Shown here: piece after piece, positions 12,101 through 24,417 of the stretch
How positions within the stretch are numbered: the first letter of the stretch is position 1
Layout: each line of letters begins with the position of its first letter
Source of the DNA: Scenedesmus sp. PABB004
Taxonomy: Eukaryota
Length of the DNA stretch: 64,000 nt
Reading direction: 5' to 3'
NCBI GenBank assembly: GCA_014905635.1
Contig: CM026547.1
Location: forward strand, 1,674,001-1,738,000
Position numbers and translations under genes: made by a program
Notes under the pieces: model-generated
The model's database searches: none
The model's input: only the letters and a program-made list of their open reading frames with translations
Told to the model about the DNA's origin: nothing

Positions 12101-13570
12101 CGACGAGGCCTTCCGGGGCACCATGAACGCCGCGTACGAGCGCTGCGGCTTCATGGGCGAGCGCGTGATCGGGTTTGCCTACAAGAAGATCCCCGCGCGC
12201 AGGTGGGGAGGCGGGCGGCGCGGCGCGCGCGCAGCCGGGGCGGCTGAGCGGCCGGGCGGCGCGCGACGGGCGGCGCGCGGCGCGGCGCGGCGCGGCCGCG
12301 CGCGCCGCCCACGGCTGCGCCGCGGCGGGCACCGGTGCTGTGGCCGCAGCGTGGAGTCGTACCACACCGACGGCGCGCCGACGGAGGGCCTCGTGTTCAT
12401 GGGCCTCATCAGCCTGGTCGACCCGCCGCGCCCGGGCGTGCTCGACGCGGTCAACAAGTGAGCGGGGCGCGCGGCGCGCGTGTGTGGGGTGGGTGCGGTT
12501 TGGTTGCTGGCTCCCGGCGTGCTGACGCGGCCACGGCGGCGTGGCATGGTGCGGCGGGGCGCCGCAGGTGCCGCAGCGCGGGCATCCGCGTGGCCATGGT
12601 CACCGGCGACCACCCGCTCACGGCGGAGGCCATCGCGCGCAAGGTGGGCATCGTCACGCTGCCCACGCCGCGCGAGGTCGCGGCCGAGGCGGGCGTGCCG
12701 GAGGGCTCGATCGAGATCACCGACGAGCGCGTGGGCGCGGTCGTGATCACCGGCACGCAGCTCAGGCGCGGCCGCCGCGGCGCCCGCGCCGCGCGCTCGC
12801 CGTCCGCCCGCCGCCCGCGCTCAGCGCCGCCCTCCTTCACGCGCGCGCGCGGCCTCAGGGCGCTGACGAGCGAGGACGACTGGGACGACATCCTCACCAC
12901 GCCCGAGATCGTGTTTGCGCGCACGAGCCCGCAGCAGAAGCTGCAGATCGTGGAGAACCTGCAGCGCCTCGGCGAGGTCGTCGCGGTCACGGGCGACGGC
13001 GTGAACGACAGCCCCGCGCTCAAGCGCGCCCAGATCGGCGTCGCCATGGGCAAGGGCGGCTCGGGTGAGCGCGGGCGCGCGCGGCGGCGGCTGCGGCGGC
13101 GCGCGCCTGGGCCCGGGGCCCGGGGCCTGGGCTGCGCGCCGGCCCTCCAATGCCGCGCGCACCGCGCTCCGCCACCCGCGGCCCCGCAGACGTCGCGCGC
13201 GACGCCGCCGACATTGTGCTCATGGACGACGAGTTCCCCAGCATCGTAGCGGCGATCGAGGAGGGCCGCGTGATCTACGACAACCTCAAGAAGACCATCG
13301 CCTACACCCTCGCGCACGCCGTGCCAGAGGCGAGCCCGCGCCGCCGCCGCGGTTGCCGCCGCGCAGCACCGCGCAGCACCGTGCAGCGCCGCGGCCGCGG
13401 CCGCCCGCCCACGCGCACCGCGTCCCCCGCCGCGCGCCAGGTGTGGCCGCTGTTCCTCGCGCTCGTGCTCAACTTCCCGCTCGGCCTGGGCGGGCTGCTC
13501 ATCCTGTCCATCGACCTCCTCACCGAGCAGGGCCCCGCGATCAGCCTCGCGGTGCGGGCCGCCGCAGGCA

Positions 13571-13603
<33 letters not shown>

Positions 13604-14693
13604 GCCGCGCCGCGCAGCGCCGCGCGCCACCGTGCCCACGCGTCCGCCGCCGCGTCCGCCGCCGCGTCCGCCGCGTCCGCCGCCGCGCAGTACGAGCCCG
13701 CCGAGGCGCAGGTCATGGAGCGCCCGCCGCGCGACATCAAGAACGACCGCCTCATCAGCGGCCCGCTGCTGCGCTACGCCTACATCACATACGGCTTCAT
13801 CACGGTGGGCCCACGCCCCGCCGCGCCGTGCGCCGCGCCCCGCCGCGCGCCGCCGTGCCGGCAGGCGTGGCCGCTGAGTGCGCGCGCGCGCGCTCACGCC
13901 CCCCCCCCTCCTCCCCTGCCGCCCGCAGGCGGGCATCTGCATGCTCTCCTTCTTCACCATCTTCTGGTGGCACGGCGTGCCGCTCTCGGCCGTGTACAAC
14001 CACGGCGACAAGTACTGGATGCCCGGCGCGCCCGACCTCTCGATCTGCCCGTGAGCGCCGCGCCGCGCCGCGCCGCGGGGGGCGCGCGCGCGCCGCGCGC
14101 CGCCGCGCCGCGCCCCCAGGCGCCGACGGGCCGCGCCCGCCCGCCCGCGGCGCGGCGCGGCGCGGCGCGCAGGCGCGGCGGCGGCGCGTGCCGCGTGCTG
14201 GGCGAGCGCGAGCAGCTCGAGATCTACTGGGCGGCGCAGAGCGCGTGGTACGTGACGCTCATCAGCAGCCAGTTCTGGCACATCTGGGTGTGCAAGACGC
14301 GAACGGAGTCGATCTTCAGCCACGGCGTCTTCCGCAACATCGTGACCGTGTACGGCGTGAGCCTGAGCGTCGTGGTCATGATCGTCGTCGTCTACGTCCC
14401 CTTCCTGCAGGCGCGCACCCGGCAGCGCAGCGCGCGCGGCAGCCAACGCCTGCGGTTGTGGGATCAGCCACGCGCGGGCGCCGCCTCGCCGCCGACCGCG
14501 CCGCCGCCGCCGCTGACCGCGCCGCCGACCGCACGCGCGCGCGCAGGGCATCTTCACCACCTGGCACCTGCCCGGCATCGGCTGGGTGCCCATGGTCGGC
14601 ACGCTGCTCTGGCTGCTGCCGTACAGCGAGTTCACCAAGCGCCAGGTGCGAACCAACCCCGAGGGCTGGTGGGCGCGCACCATGGCGTGGTGA
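9126..14693 (+). CDS. P-type ATPase, type IIC (Na+/K+- or H+/K+-ATPase alpha-like), ~19 exons
   Basis: [119 protein letters not shown]. Confidence 0.93.
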
Positions 14694-15261
14694 GGCGGCC
14701 GACGCGCCAGCCGCACCGGCCGGCCGGCGGCGCCGCCTCGGGCGCGCGGCATCGTCGCAGGCTGCCGCCCGCGGGGCCGGCGCCTGCTGTGCCCGGCCTC
14801 TGGGCGGGCATGGGGAGGGAGAGGGAGGAGGGGGGCGGGGGCTGGGGTCTGCCATGATGGCCGCCACAACACGCGCGCGCCTCGGCGGCGCTGCGAGCCG
14901 GGCGGCTGCGGGCCGCACAAGCTCTGCACAAGAGTGCTCTCGTCCACGCACGTTTTGAGGGGGGCCATTCAATGCCGTGGGCGGAGGTTCGACCGGCGCG
15001 TTTGCACGCCCAGCACCCCTAGCAGCGTGGGCGCACCTTACATGCGGCGCGACACCTCGCGACCCGCCGACGCACCTGCCCATTCTGTCTCATATGCATG
15101 CATGCCGCACTGCTTTGCTCTTCCAAGCGCCACCCTGCTGCTTGCCTTCACCCCCCTGCAGAGCCCCGGGGCGCGGACAGCGCCGCAGCCTGCGCGCGCA
15201 CGGGGCTTGCCGTGATGCGGAGATAACTGGCGGGCGGGGGCAGGGATTGAGCAGAGTGCAA

Positions 15262-15266
15262 TTACA
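15262..15266 (-). terminator. TGTAA polyadenylation signal of DPH2
   Basis: Chlorophyte-type UGUAA signal about 25 nt downstream of the stop codon. Confidence 0.5.
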
Positions 15267-15289
15267 GCCTGCCTGCGAGGCCGCCGCCG

Positions 15290-17371
15290 TCAGCCGCGGG
15301 TCGGCTCGTCCGCGTACCCAGCCGCGCGCCCGCTGCGCCCCTGCTCCACGCGCGCCGCCGGCAGGAGCTCGGCGCCCGTGGCGGGCGTCTCCAGGCCGCG
15401 GAACGTGCGCACCTGGGTCAGGTACTGCGCTGCAGAGGTCACCGTGACCTGCTTGCCGCCGGGGCCGCCGCCCGCCGCCAGCGCCCGCGCGCCGGCGCCG
15501 CCCGACACGACCAGCGCGCCACCGGCGCCGGCGGGCGCGGCATCGTCGCCGCCGCCGCCGCCGCCGCCGTCGCTCCTGCCGCCGCTGCCTGCGTGGCTGC
15601 TGCCGCCCGCGCCGGCGAGCAGGTCTCCAAAGTCGAGCCGGTATCGCGCGGCGTCAAACGCGGCGCCCGTGAACGCGAGCCAGGCCTCGTGCGGCGTGAC
15701 GATGGGGGCGAGGTAGTCGCGGCAGTCCAGGATGAGGCCCGCGGGGTCGGCCAGCATCACAAACGCCTCGAGCTCCGGGAAGTTGGCCAGCTTGGCGGGC
15801 GAGGGCTTGCCCATGAGCAGCGTGTAGGTCGTCTTGCCCGCCTGCCGCGGCGGCGCGCGCGCGGGCGGGCGGGCGGCGCGGTCAGGTCACGCGGCGCGGC
15901 GCGGTCAGGTCAGGCGGCGCGGTCAGCGCGCGCGGCCGGCGCGCGCGGGCGGTGGAACGTGGGCGTCCCCCGCCGGCGCGGCGCGCGGCGCGGCGCGCCT
16001 CGGCCGCGCGCGCACCGCGGCGGCGAGGTCGCGCAGCGCGCCGAGCGCCTCGCGGTACCCCGCCGCGCCGAGCGTGCCGACGAGCAGGCCGACCATGGTC
16101 GCGCCGCGCAGGCGCTCGACCAGGTAGTAGCGGCGCTTGAGCAGCGCGGCGAGCGCGGGGGCCAGCCCGGCCGCGGCGCTGCGCGAGTCCGGGTCGAGCC
16201 GCAGCCACGCGCGCGCGCTGTGCGTGAGCTGCAGGTGCGTGAGCGCGGGGCTGTCCGGCGGGCCGAGCCACACCATGCCCGGCGGCTGCGCCGCGCCCGC
16301 GGGCTCCTGCCACACAAGGCCGCCGACGGGCGGCGCGCGGTCCGCCGCGGCCTGCTGCTGCTGCTCCTGCTGCTGCTGCTCCTGTTCCTGTTGTTGCTGC
16401 TGCTCCTGCTCCTGTTGCTGCTGCTGCTCCTGCCCCTGCTGCTGCTCCTGCTGCTGCTCCTGCTGCTGCTCCTGCTGCCGCGATGAATGCCGAGGCTCCT
16501 GCCTGCAGCAGGCCTGGCTCGCGCACGCCGGCTGCTGCGCGGGCTCCCGAAGGCAGCAGCCGTTCGCCGCTGCCGCGCCACCGCCGCCGCCGCCGCTGCT
16601 TGGCAGCAGCTCCAGCGGCGCGCTCTCAGCAAACACCAGCTGCAGCGGGCCCTGCGCGGGCGGCGAGGGGGCAGGCTGGGCGCCCGGCGGCGCATGCGGC
16701 CGCGCGCGGGCGCCGGCCGCCGCGCGCCAGCCCCCGGCGCACCGCGTACGCAGCCGTCAGCGCCGCCCGCAGCTGCGGCAGCAGGTGCAGGTAGCCCTGG
16801 TCGCAGCAGACCACCGCGCGCGGCTGCTGCTGCGACGACGGCGGCCCCGCCCCGCCCCGCTCGCCGCCGTCGCCGCCGTCGCCGCGCAGCTGCTCCGCGA
16901 GCGCGCCGAGCTCGCCCGCCGCCCACGCGGCCGCGGCGGGCACGTCCAGCGGCAGCTTGGGCAGCACGCAGAGCGCGGGCGTGCGCGAGACGGGGTTGAG
17001 CGAGGCGTGGCCGTAGTGCACGACGCAGTCGGCGTGCACGTGCGCCGCCGCGACCTCGTCGACCGCGAGCGGGTTGTACGACGTGTCCGCCAGCACGTAC
17101 ACCTGCGTGACAGGACCGCCGCTGATCTCTGCGCCGCCAGGGGGCCGCCGCCGCTGGCCGGCGGCGCCGCGGCGGCGTGCCGCTGCCAGCGCCGCTGCCG
17201 CCGCACCTCCGCGCCCGAGCCGGCCGCCGCGAGCGCCGCCTGCAGGCCCTCCGCCACGGCGGGCGCGTCGGCCAGCAGGTTGTCGGGGAACTGCAGCGTC
17301 ACGCGCGCCCATCCGCGCGCTGCCACGGCCGAGGCCGTGGCCGCCAGCTCCCAGCGCTGCGCAAAATCCAT
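15290..17371 (-). CDS. DPH2: Diphthamide biosynthesis protein 2
   Basis: RVTLQFPDNLLADA, VLADTSY..VDEVAAAHV.ADCVVHYGH, LKRRYYLVE..VGLLVGTLG, MGKPSPAKLANFPE, PIVTPHE and the DPH2-type C-terminus SAAQYL..RTFRGLE...EQGRSGRAAGYADE. Confidence 0.88.
16352..16478 (-). repeat. CAG/GAG tract encoding a poly-Q/E insertion in DPH2
   Basis: Reads QQEQQQEQQQEQQQGQEQQQQQEQE... in frame. Confidence 0.85.
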
Positions 17372-17664
17372 CGCGCGAGGCGCATCGCCACCGGAAGGAC
17401 CAACAGGAGCTGGTTCTCGCGCGGCGGCGCGGGTGGGTGCGGTATGTGAGCGGGAGCGGGCGGGGCGATGTTAATCGCGGCGCGCGGCCCGCGCCCTGGC
17501 CGTCGCCGTGCGCCACTCCTCGCCGTCACTTCTCACGCCTCGCCCCACCCAGCTGAACGTTGCTGCGCCCACGCACCGCCCTGCCCGCCCGCGCCGCGGC
17601 GCCGCGTCGGTTGCGCCGCCGTCTGTTGCCGCCGGAGTCGCAGCAGCTGGGCGTCGCAGCAGCC

Positions 17665-18349
17665 ATGGGAACCGCCGCCAGCGCGCCCGCGGCGGCGCCG
17701 GAGCAGCTGACCGTGCAGTTTGACGTGCGACGGGCGCCGCCGCTGCCGCGCGCGCGCCGCCGCCAGCGCGCGCGAGCGCGGCCGCGACCGCACGGGCGCA
17801 GGTTTCCTGCCGCATACCGGTGGAGGAGATCATCGCCATATCGGAGCAGGCGGGCGCGGCCATCATGGCCATCTACAACAGCGCGGTGCGCCGCCGCGGC
17901 CAGCCGCGCCGGCGCCCGCCCGCCCGCCAGCTCGGCGGCGGCCGCGGCGGCGGCCCAGGCGCGCGGCCGCGGCCCGCGCGCCGCAGGACCACGGCGTCGA
18001 GTACAAGGGCGACGACTCGCCGCTGACCAAGGCGGACACGGAGAGCAACCGCGTGATCTGCGAGGGCCTGCAGCGCGTGTCGCCGCACGTGCCCATCATC
18101 AGCGAGGAGACGCGCGCGCTGCCGTACGACATCCGCAAGGCGCGGCCGCGGCCGCGGCAGCGGGCGGCGCCGAGGCGGCGGGGGCGTGCCAGCGGCGGCA
18201 CGGGCGGCGGCGGCACGGGCGGCGGCGGCGGCGGCCCGGCGCGCCCTGACGCGCCGGGCCCGACGCGCCGGCGCGCCCGCCGCGCGGCGCGCGCCTGCGG
18301 CGTCGCGCAGCACTACCAGTACTGCTGGGTGGTCGACCCGCTGGACGGG

Positions 18350-18389
<40 letters not shown>

Positions 18390-19396
18390 TGATCGGCCTC
18401 GTGCAGGTGCGACACACACGCAGGGCCGCGCGGCCGGCCCGCACGCACCCGCGCGCCGCGGGGCGGGGGCCGAGCCAGAGCGGCGGCGGCGTGCGCCGCC
18501 CGCGCGCGCGCAGGGCTCGACGCCGGTGCTGGGCGTGGTGCACGTGCCCGTGAGCGGCAAGACCTACTTTGCGGTGGAGGGCAAGGGCGCGTACGTGCGC
18601 GGCAGGGACGGCAGCACCGCGCCGATCCGGGCCAAGGAGTTTGCGGTCGGCGAGAAGGGACTCATCCTGGTCGGCTCCGCCAGCCACGGCGGCGGCGACG
18701 GTGCGCGCGCGGCGGCCGGCGGCGGCCGGCGGCGCGGCCCGGGGGCCCGGCGTGGGGAGGCCAGCGGCGCGCGCGCGCGGGCGGGCGGGTGCTGACGCGG
18801 CGCGCGCGGCCGTGCGTGTGCGTGTGCGCACGCGCGCTGCAGCGATCAAGGACTTCACGGAGCTCTTTGACTCGCCGACGTTCAAGTCGCTTGGCAGCAG
18901 CCTCAAGCTGCTCATGGTCGCGGAGGGCGAGGCCCACGTCTACCCCAGGCGCGGCAGCGACCGCGGCGCGGCCGCGGCGCGCGGGGCGGGCCGGCGCACG
19001 CCCGGCCGCCCCGGCGGCCGGCGCCGAGCGCGGGCGGCGCCGCGCCGCGTGTCGCGCAGGCTGGCGCCGACGATGGAGTGGGACACCGCCGCGGCCGACA
19101 TCATCGTGAAGGAGGCCGGCGGCGTGGTGGTGCAGGCGGGGCGCGTCAGCGGCAAGGGCGAGCTGCTGGAGGACTGGAAGGTGTGCGGCGCGGCCGGCCA
19201 GCGCGCGCGCCGCGGCCACAGCGCGCGCGCGCGCCTTAGCTCGCGCGCGCGCGTGCGTGGCGGCGGCTCCGAGCGCGGCTGCGCCGCTGCGCGCGCCGCG
19301 CGGCAGGACGTTGTGGTGAAGGAGCTGCCGGTGGAGTACAACAAGGAGGACCTGCTCAACCCGGCCTTTGTCGTGTGGGGCAAGCGCCGCAGCTAG
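17665..19396 (+). CDS. cysQ: 3'(2'),5'-bisphosphate nucleotidase, CysQ-type (inositol monophosphatase family), 8 exons
   Basis: [77 protein letters not shown]. Confidence 0.92.
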
Positions 19397-19756
19397 CGCC
19401 AACGCCCGCGCGGGGCCCGGTGGGGGCGTGGGGCGAGAGTTTCTGAGAGCGAGCCGTCGCGGGCGCCCTCGCACGCGCGCCGCCGCCCGCGGCAGGCAGG
19501 CGGGCGGCGCGGTCAGCGGCGCCGCGCCCGTAGCGAACGCGGCGCGGCCGCGCCGGGCCGCCGCCGCGCGGTGACCCCGTTTGCGCGTCTCCCACGCCAG
19601 TCCCGCCCCTGCGCCGGGCACTCTCGCGCACACTACGCGCCGGCGCCGGCGCTACTGCCGCGTCCCGGAGGGCGAGCGCATCGGCCGCGCCCCTGCGCCG
19701 CCCCGCGACCGCGCGGAAGGCTGGCACATGCCGCTCTCAATGTGGTGGGCAGCGCC

Positions 19757-22700
19757 ATGAGCTGCCGGGGCGGCCCCAAGTCCCACAGGGCCAAGGTGCG
19801 TCGCGGCGCGCGGCCCGCGCGGCCTGGCCAGGGCGCGCCGCGCGCCGCGGCGCGGCGTGCGTTCCGGTCGCACTGTGGCGCTGCCGACGGCGTGACAGCG
19901 CGGGCCCCTCGAGCGCCGCACCGCCCGCGCTGGCCGGGGGCGAATGCCCTCCGCGCCCCGGCCTGCCCTGGCGCCCCCGCCGCGCCGCCGGTCCCGGGCG
20001 CGCGCTGAGTGGCAGCGCAGCGCCGCTCCAGATGCCGAGCCCGCCCAGCTGGGCGCGCTGGCGCCGGCGCTGCCAGGCGCGCCGCCGCGCGCGCGGCCGC
20101 CGCTGCCCGCGCCCACGCCCGCCCGCGCCGCGCCGGCGCAGGTCCCTGTGGAGGATGTGCGGGAGAGCCTTGAGTTCTGGATGGGCCAGCTCGACGCCAC
20201 GGTGGCGGAGAAGCGCGCCGCGGCGGAGGCCGCCGCCGCCGAGGCCGCGCGCCGGCAGGCGCTGCAGGCGGAGCAGGCCGCGCTGCAGCTGCAGCTCGCC
20301 AGCTCCGACGAGCAGCGGCGCCGGCTCACGGCGGCGCTGCAGGACATGCAGGCCGAGCAGGCCGCGCTGAAGGGCATGCTCGATGGCATGCAGGCCGAGG
20401 TCGGCGCGATACGCGGGCTGGTCGCCGGCGCGGCCACCGGCTCGGCGCCGGCGTCGCCGCGCTGGAGCGGCGGCGGCGCGTGGGACGCGCCCGCCAGCCC
20501 GCCGCGCGCTCGCGCGGCGGCAGCTTCGAGGCGGCGGTGGCGGCTGCGCTGCAGGAGCACGACGCGCGCGCCGGGCACGCGTGGGCAGGCGACGGCGCCG
20601 ACGCGGGCGACGAGCACCCAGTGGCGACGGTCCGCGCGGCCGCCGCGGCGGCGGTGGCGGCCGCCACAGAGGCGGCCGAGCGCGCCGCGCGCGTGCTGGC
20701 GCGCCACGGCGACTTGGCCGCGGCGGCGCCGGAGCTGCGCAGCGCGGAGCCGCCCGCTGCGGTCGCCGCCGCCGCGGCGCGCGAGCGCGAGCGCGCGGCG
20801 CTGGCCGCACCGGCGTGGCTATCGGCGCCCGCGCCGCAGCAGGCGCGCTTCACGCTGCCGCCGCCCCTCGCGGAGCCCACGGCGGCCGACGCGGCCGCGG
20901 CCGCCGACGCGGCCGTCGCGGCGGTGGCCGCGGCGGCGGCGGCGTTGTCCGCGCCGGCGCCGGCGCCGCAGGCGCTGCCGCACATCCGCATCAGGCCCCG
21001 GCGGCGAGCGCCGGCGGCGCGCCGCCTGCAGTCGCCGCCGCCGTCGGCGTGCCCCCCGCCGCGGCGCCCACCTCGGGCGGCAGCCCTGCCAGCCCCGCCA
21101 GCCTCTACCAGCGCGCTGCCGCGGACGGCAGCGACTCTGTGTGGGCGACGGGCGGCGGCATCGTGACTGCCGCGGATCGCATGCGCGCGCAGCACCCCGC
21201 CGCCAGCCCGCGCCCGCGGCCGTCCCTGCCCGGCTCGCCCGGCGGCGGTCAGCGCTTCGTCGTCGTCGCCAGCCACGCCGGCGCGGGCCTCGTCGGCCCC
21301 GCCGGCCGAGCGGGGCGCGGCGGGGGCGCCTGCGGGCCCGACAGCCCCGCGCGGCGGCAGCCGTCGCGGCTGACGGTCGCGGACCGGCTGCTGGAGAGCG
21401 AGCGCCAGCTCCGCGAGCTCGAGGAGACGGCGCGCACGCAGCTGCGCGCCACGCAGCAGCAGGCGCAGCAGGCACAGCGCGCGCCGGCGCCGCTGCCCTG
21501 GCTCCGCCAGGCGGACGCGCAGCTGCTGCCGGGCGTGCCCCACCTGCTCGCGCTGCACCAGCCAGCGTTTGACCCTCTGCAGCCGCACTGGCAGCCGCAC
21601 ACGCCTTGGCTGGACGCCGACAGCGCCCTGGCGGCGGCCAGCTGGCAGCAGCAGCAGCTGGCGCAGGTGGCGGCGGCGCTGCAGGCGATGGCGCCGCCCA
21701 AGCCGCCGCCGCCGCCGGCGGCGGCGCCGCAGCAGCAGCACCTGGCGGCGCGCCCGGCGCCGCAGCAGCCCGCGCCGCTGGTGCCGGCGCCGCTGGACCT
21801 GCAGGCTGCGTGGCAGCAGCCGGCGCCGCGGCCGCCGCAGCCCCAGCCGCCGCGGCCGCCGCAGCCCCAGCCGCCGCGGCCGCCGCAGCCCCAGCCGCCG
21901 CGGCCGCCACAGCCTGAGCCGCCGCGGCAGCAGCCGCCGCTGGCCAGCCGCTTTGGCGGCGACCCCCGCTACAGCACCAGCGTGGTGCCGCCCGTGCTGC
22001 ACGCGCCGCCGCACGCGCCGCAGCACGCGCCGCCCGCGCCAGTGGCTTGCGGCACGCGGCGCGGCGGCGACGGCAGCGACAGCGGCAGCAGCGGCGGCGG
22101 CAGCCCCAAGCTGTCGCTGCAGGAGCTGCTGGCGGTCACGACGGCACAGCTGGCCGAGGTGGAGGCCTGCCTGGCGGCGCAGGAGGCGCTGCTGGCCGAC
22201 AAGAGCGCCACGCCGGCGGCGCGCGCGGCGGCCGCGGCGGCGACGCGCGCGGCGGCGGCGGCGGCCACGCAAGCGGCCGCGGCGCGCGCCGCGGAGCGGG
22301 CCGACAGCGAGCAGCACTGGCAGGCGCTGCCCGCTCAGCAGCAGCAGCGCTTTGCGCCGGCGCCGCTTGCGGGCGCTGGCGGCGCGCACGAGCGTGCGGA
22401 CTCGCCGCCCTCCAGCGTCACGTCGCCCACCGGCGCCGCGCCCGACACGCCCGAGCCGCGCGAGAAGCGGGCCGAGGTGGCGCTGCCGCAGCCGGGCGCC
22501 GTGGCGCCCCAGGCGCCACGCCTGGCGTCGCCGGGGCAGGCACGCGCGCCGCCGGTGCCTCTGCCGGCGCCGGCGCTGGCAGCCAGGGGGCGCCCGGCGC
22601 AGCGGCAGGCGCCGCACCCGGCGGCCCACGCCGCCCCGCTGCCTGCCCGGGCCGCGCCGGCGCGCGGCGCCGGCGGCCGCGGCAGCGCAGACGACGCGCC

Positions 22701-22807
22701 GCTGGCGGCCATGGCGGGCTGGATGGCTGCGACCATGCTGATGCAGCGCCACGCCGACGGCGGGCAGCAGCAGGCGGCACACAACCGCCACAACGCGCAG
22801 CAGGCGC

Positions 22808-22838
<31 letters not shown>

Positions 22839-23589
22839 CCACTGGCAGCCGCAGCACCCACAGCACCCGCAGCAGCAGCGCGCCGCGCCGGCCAGGCGCA
22901 CTGGCCCGCCCACGGCGCCAGCCTGGGCGGCGCCGAGGGCTGGGGCCCCGGCTTTGCGGCGCCGCAGCAGCCCTCGTCGCCGGGCTCGTCGCCGCCCGGC
23001 TCGCCGGCGTCGGTGGCGTCGTCAGCCAGCCTCGCGTTCAGGGGCGACGGCGCGGGGCGTGCTCGCCAGGGCGCGCCGCATGCGACGCACGCGCGCGCGT
23101 CCGAGTGGGCGGCGCACGCCGGCCACGAGCTGCACGCCGAGGAGCCGGAGCTGGCGTGCCGCTGCGACGCGTGCAGCGCGCACGCGCCGCAGCTGCCGCC
23201 GCGCGCCTTTGACGCGCCCGGCGGCGACGCGCCGCGGCAGGCGCGCCTGCCCGGCCCGCTGCCGGTGATGGGGCTGCCCTTTGAGCACGGGGGCGCGCCC
23301 GGCTGGCGCGGCGCCGCCGCTGGCTGCATCCCCATCTCGCCGGTGGCCTCGCCCACGCAGTCGCCGGCGCCGGCCGGCGGCGCCCAGCCTGGGGGCCGCG
23401 CCCCGCCGACATGGCGGCGGCGCAGGCGTCGTGGGGCCAGTTCCTCAGCGCCACGGGCTTTGCGCCCGGCGCGGCGGAGCCGCAGCGGCCGGAGCACGCG
23501 CACGCGGCGCAGGCGTTTGAGCACCACCAGGAGCGCGCGCTGCAAGCCCAGCAGCAGCACATGCAGCAGCACATGCAGCAGCAGCAGGT

Positions 23590-23642
<53 letters not shown>

Positions 23643-24049
23643 TGATGATGCTGATGCAGCAGCAGCAGCAGCAGCAGCAGGTGCAGCAGCAGCAGCAGTG
23701 GGGCGACCTGGGCGCGTGGCAGACCTCGGCCGCCTTTGCCGGGCCTGGCGTGGTGGCCGCGCCCCCCGCCGGCCCGCACGCGGCGGGCAGCTGGGCCGGC
23801 AGGCCTGCGCCCAGCCCCGCGGCCAGCCTGCTGGCCGTGCTGGGCGGCGGCGCCGGCGGCGTCGGCTCCGTCGGCAGCGGCGTGGGCGCGCTGCTCGAGG
23901 TGGTGCGCCGGGTGCTGATGCTGGTGTGCCCCAACTCCTGGCAGTGGCTGGTGCTGATTGCCACCTCGGTGGTGTGGGGCCTCAAGCGCGTGGCGGCGGC
24001 GCCGACGTCGCGCAGCGGCAGCCCTGTCGGCGCGCGCCCGGGCGTGTGA
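19757..24049 (+). CDS. Hypothetical low-complexity protein (N-terminal coiled coil, Pro/Gln-rich, C-terminal hydrophobic segment); several apparent frameshifts, possibly more than one gene
   Basis: MSCRGGPKSHRAK|VPVEDVRESLEFWMGQLDATV... joined by a GT-AG intron (~19796-20140). Coding-like codon usage continues across several frames to ...WQWLVLIATSVVWGLKR...PGV-TGA. Confidence 0.5.
21826..21930 (+). repeat. 24-nt tandem repeat x4 encoding PRPPQPQP
   Basis: Unit ccgcggccgccgcagccccagccg; the last copy is diverged. Confidence 0.85.
23550..23698 (+). repeat. (CAG)n microsatellite, poly-Gln
   Basis: Long interrupted CAG run. Confidence 0.9.
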
Positions 24050-24393
24050 CCCCCATGCGTCTGCTGTGCTGGGCTGGGCGCTGCTGCGCATGCGCACCGT
24101 GCATGCGCCGCGACGGCGAGCGAGCGATTGACGGCGCGCCCGCGTGTGCGGGCTGCTGGGGGCGGCGCATGGAGCGGCGGCGCGTGGGTTGAGCGCGGGG
24201 GGGGGGGGGCTGTGGCCGCCGCCGCCAGTTTTGGTTTTGTTTGACGTCGCCCGGCAGCGTGACCTGTTTCATCTGACCCTGACCCCGACGTGTCTGTCAT
24301 CACCATCTGTCTGTCCTGAGGCGCGGCGAGGCCATTGCATTGCTGAGCCGCGGCGGTAAGACTCGGCCGCCTGCCCCCGACGCGGCCGACCGC

Positions 24394-24398
24394 TTACA
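24394..24398 (-). terminator. TGTAA polyadenylation signal of the glycosyltransferase gene
   Basis: UGUAA about 20 nt after the stop codon. Confidence 0.5.
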
Positions 24399-24417
24399 CC
24401 ACTCCGCGCGCGGCGGC

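Noticed and set aside
21826..21930. Tandem repeats as a possible CRISPR-like array
   Set aside because: No unique spacers; the repeat is in-frame coding sequence in a eukaryotic gene.
16137..24306. Poly-Cys and poly-Leu 'proteins' in ORF translations (e.g. 16137+, 23038-)
   Set aside because: They are antisense or off-frame readings of CAG poly-Gln tracts.
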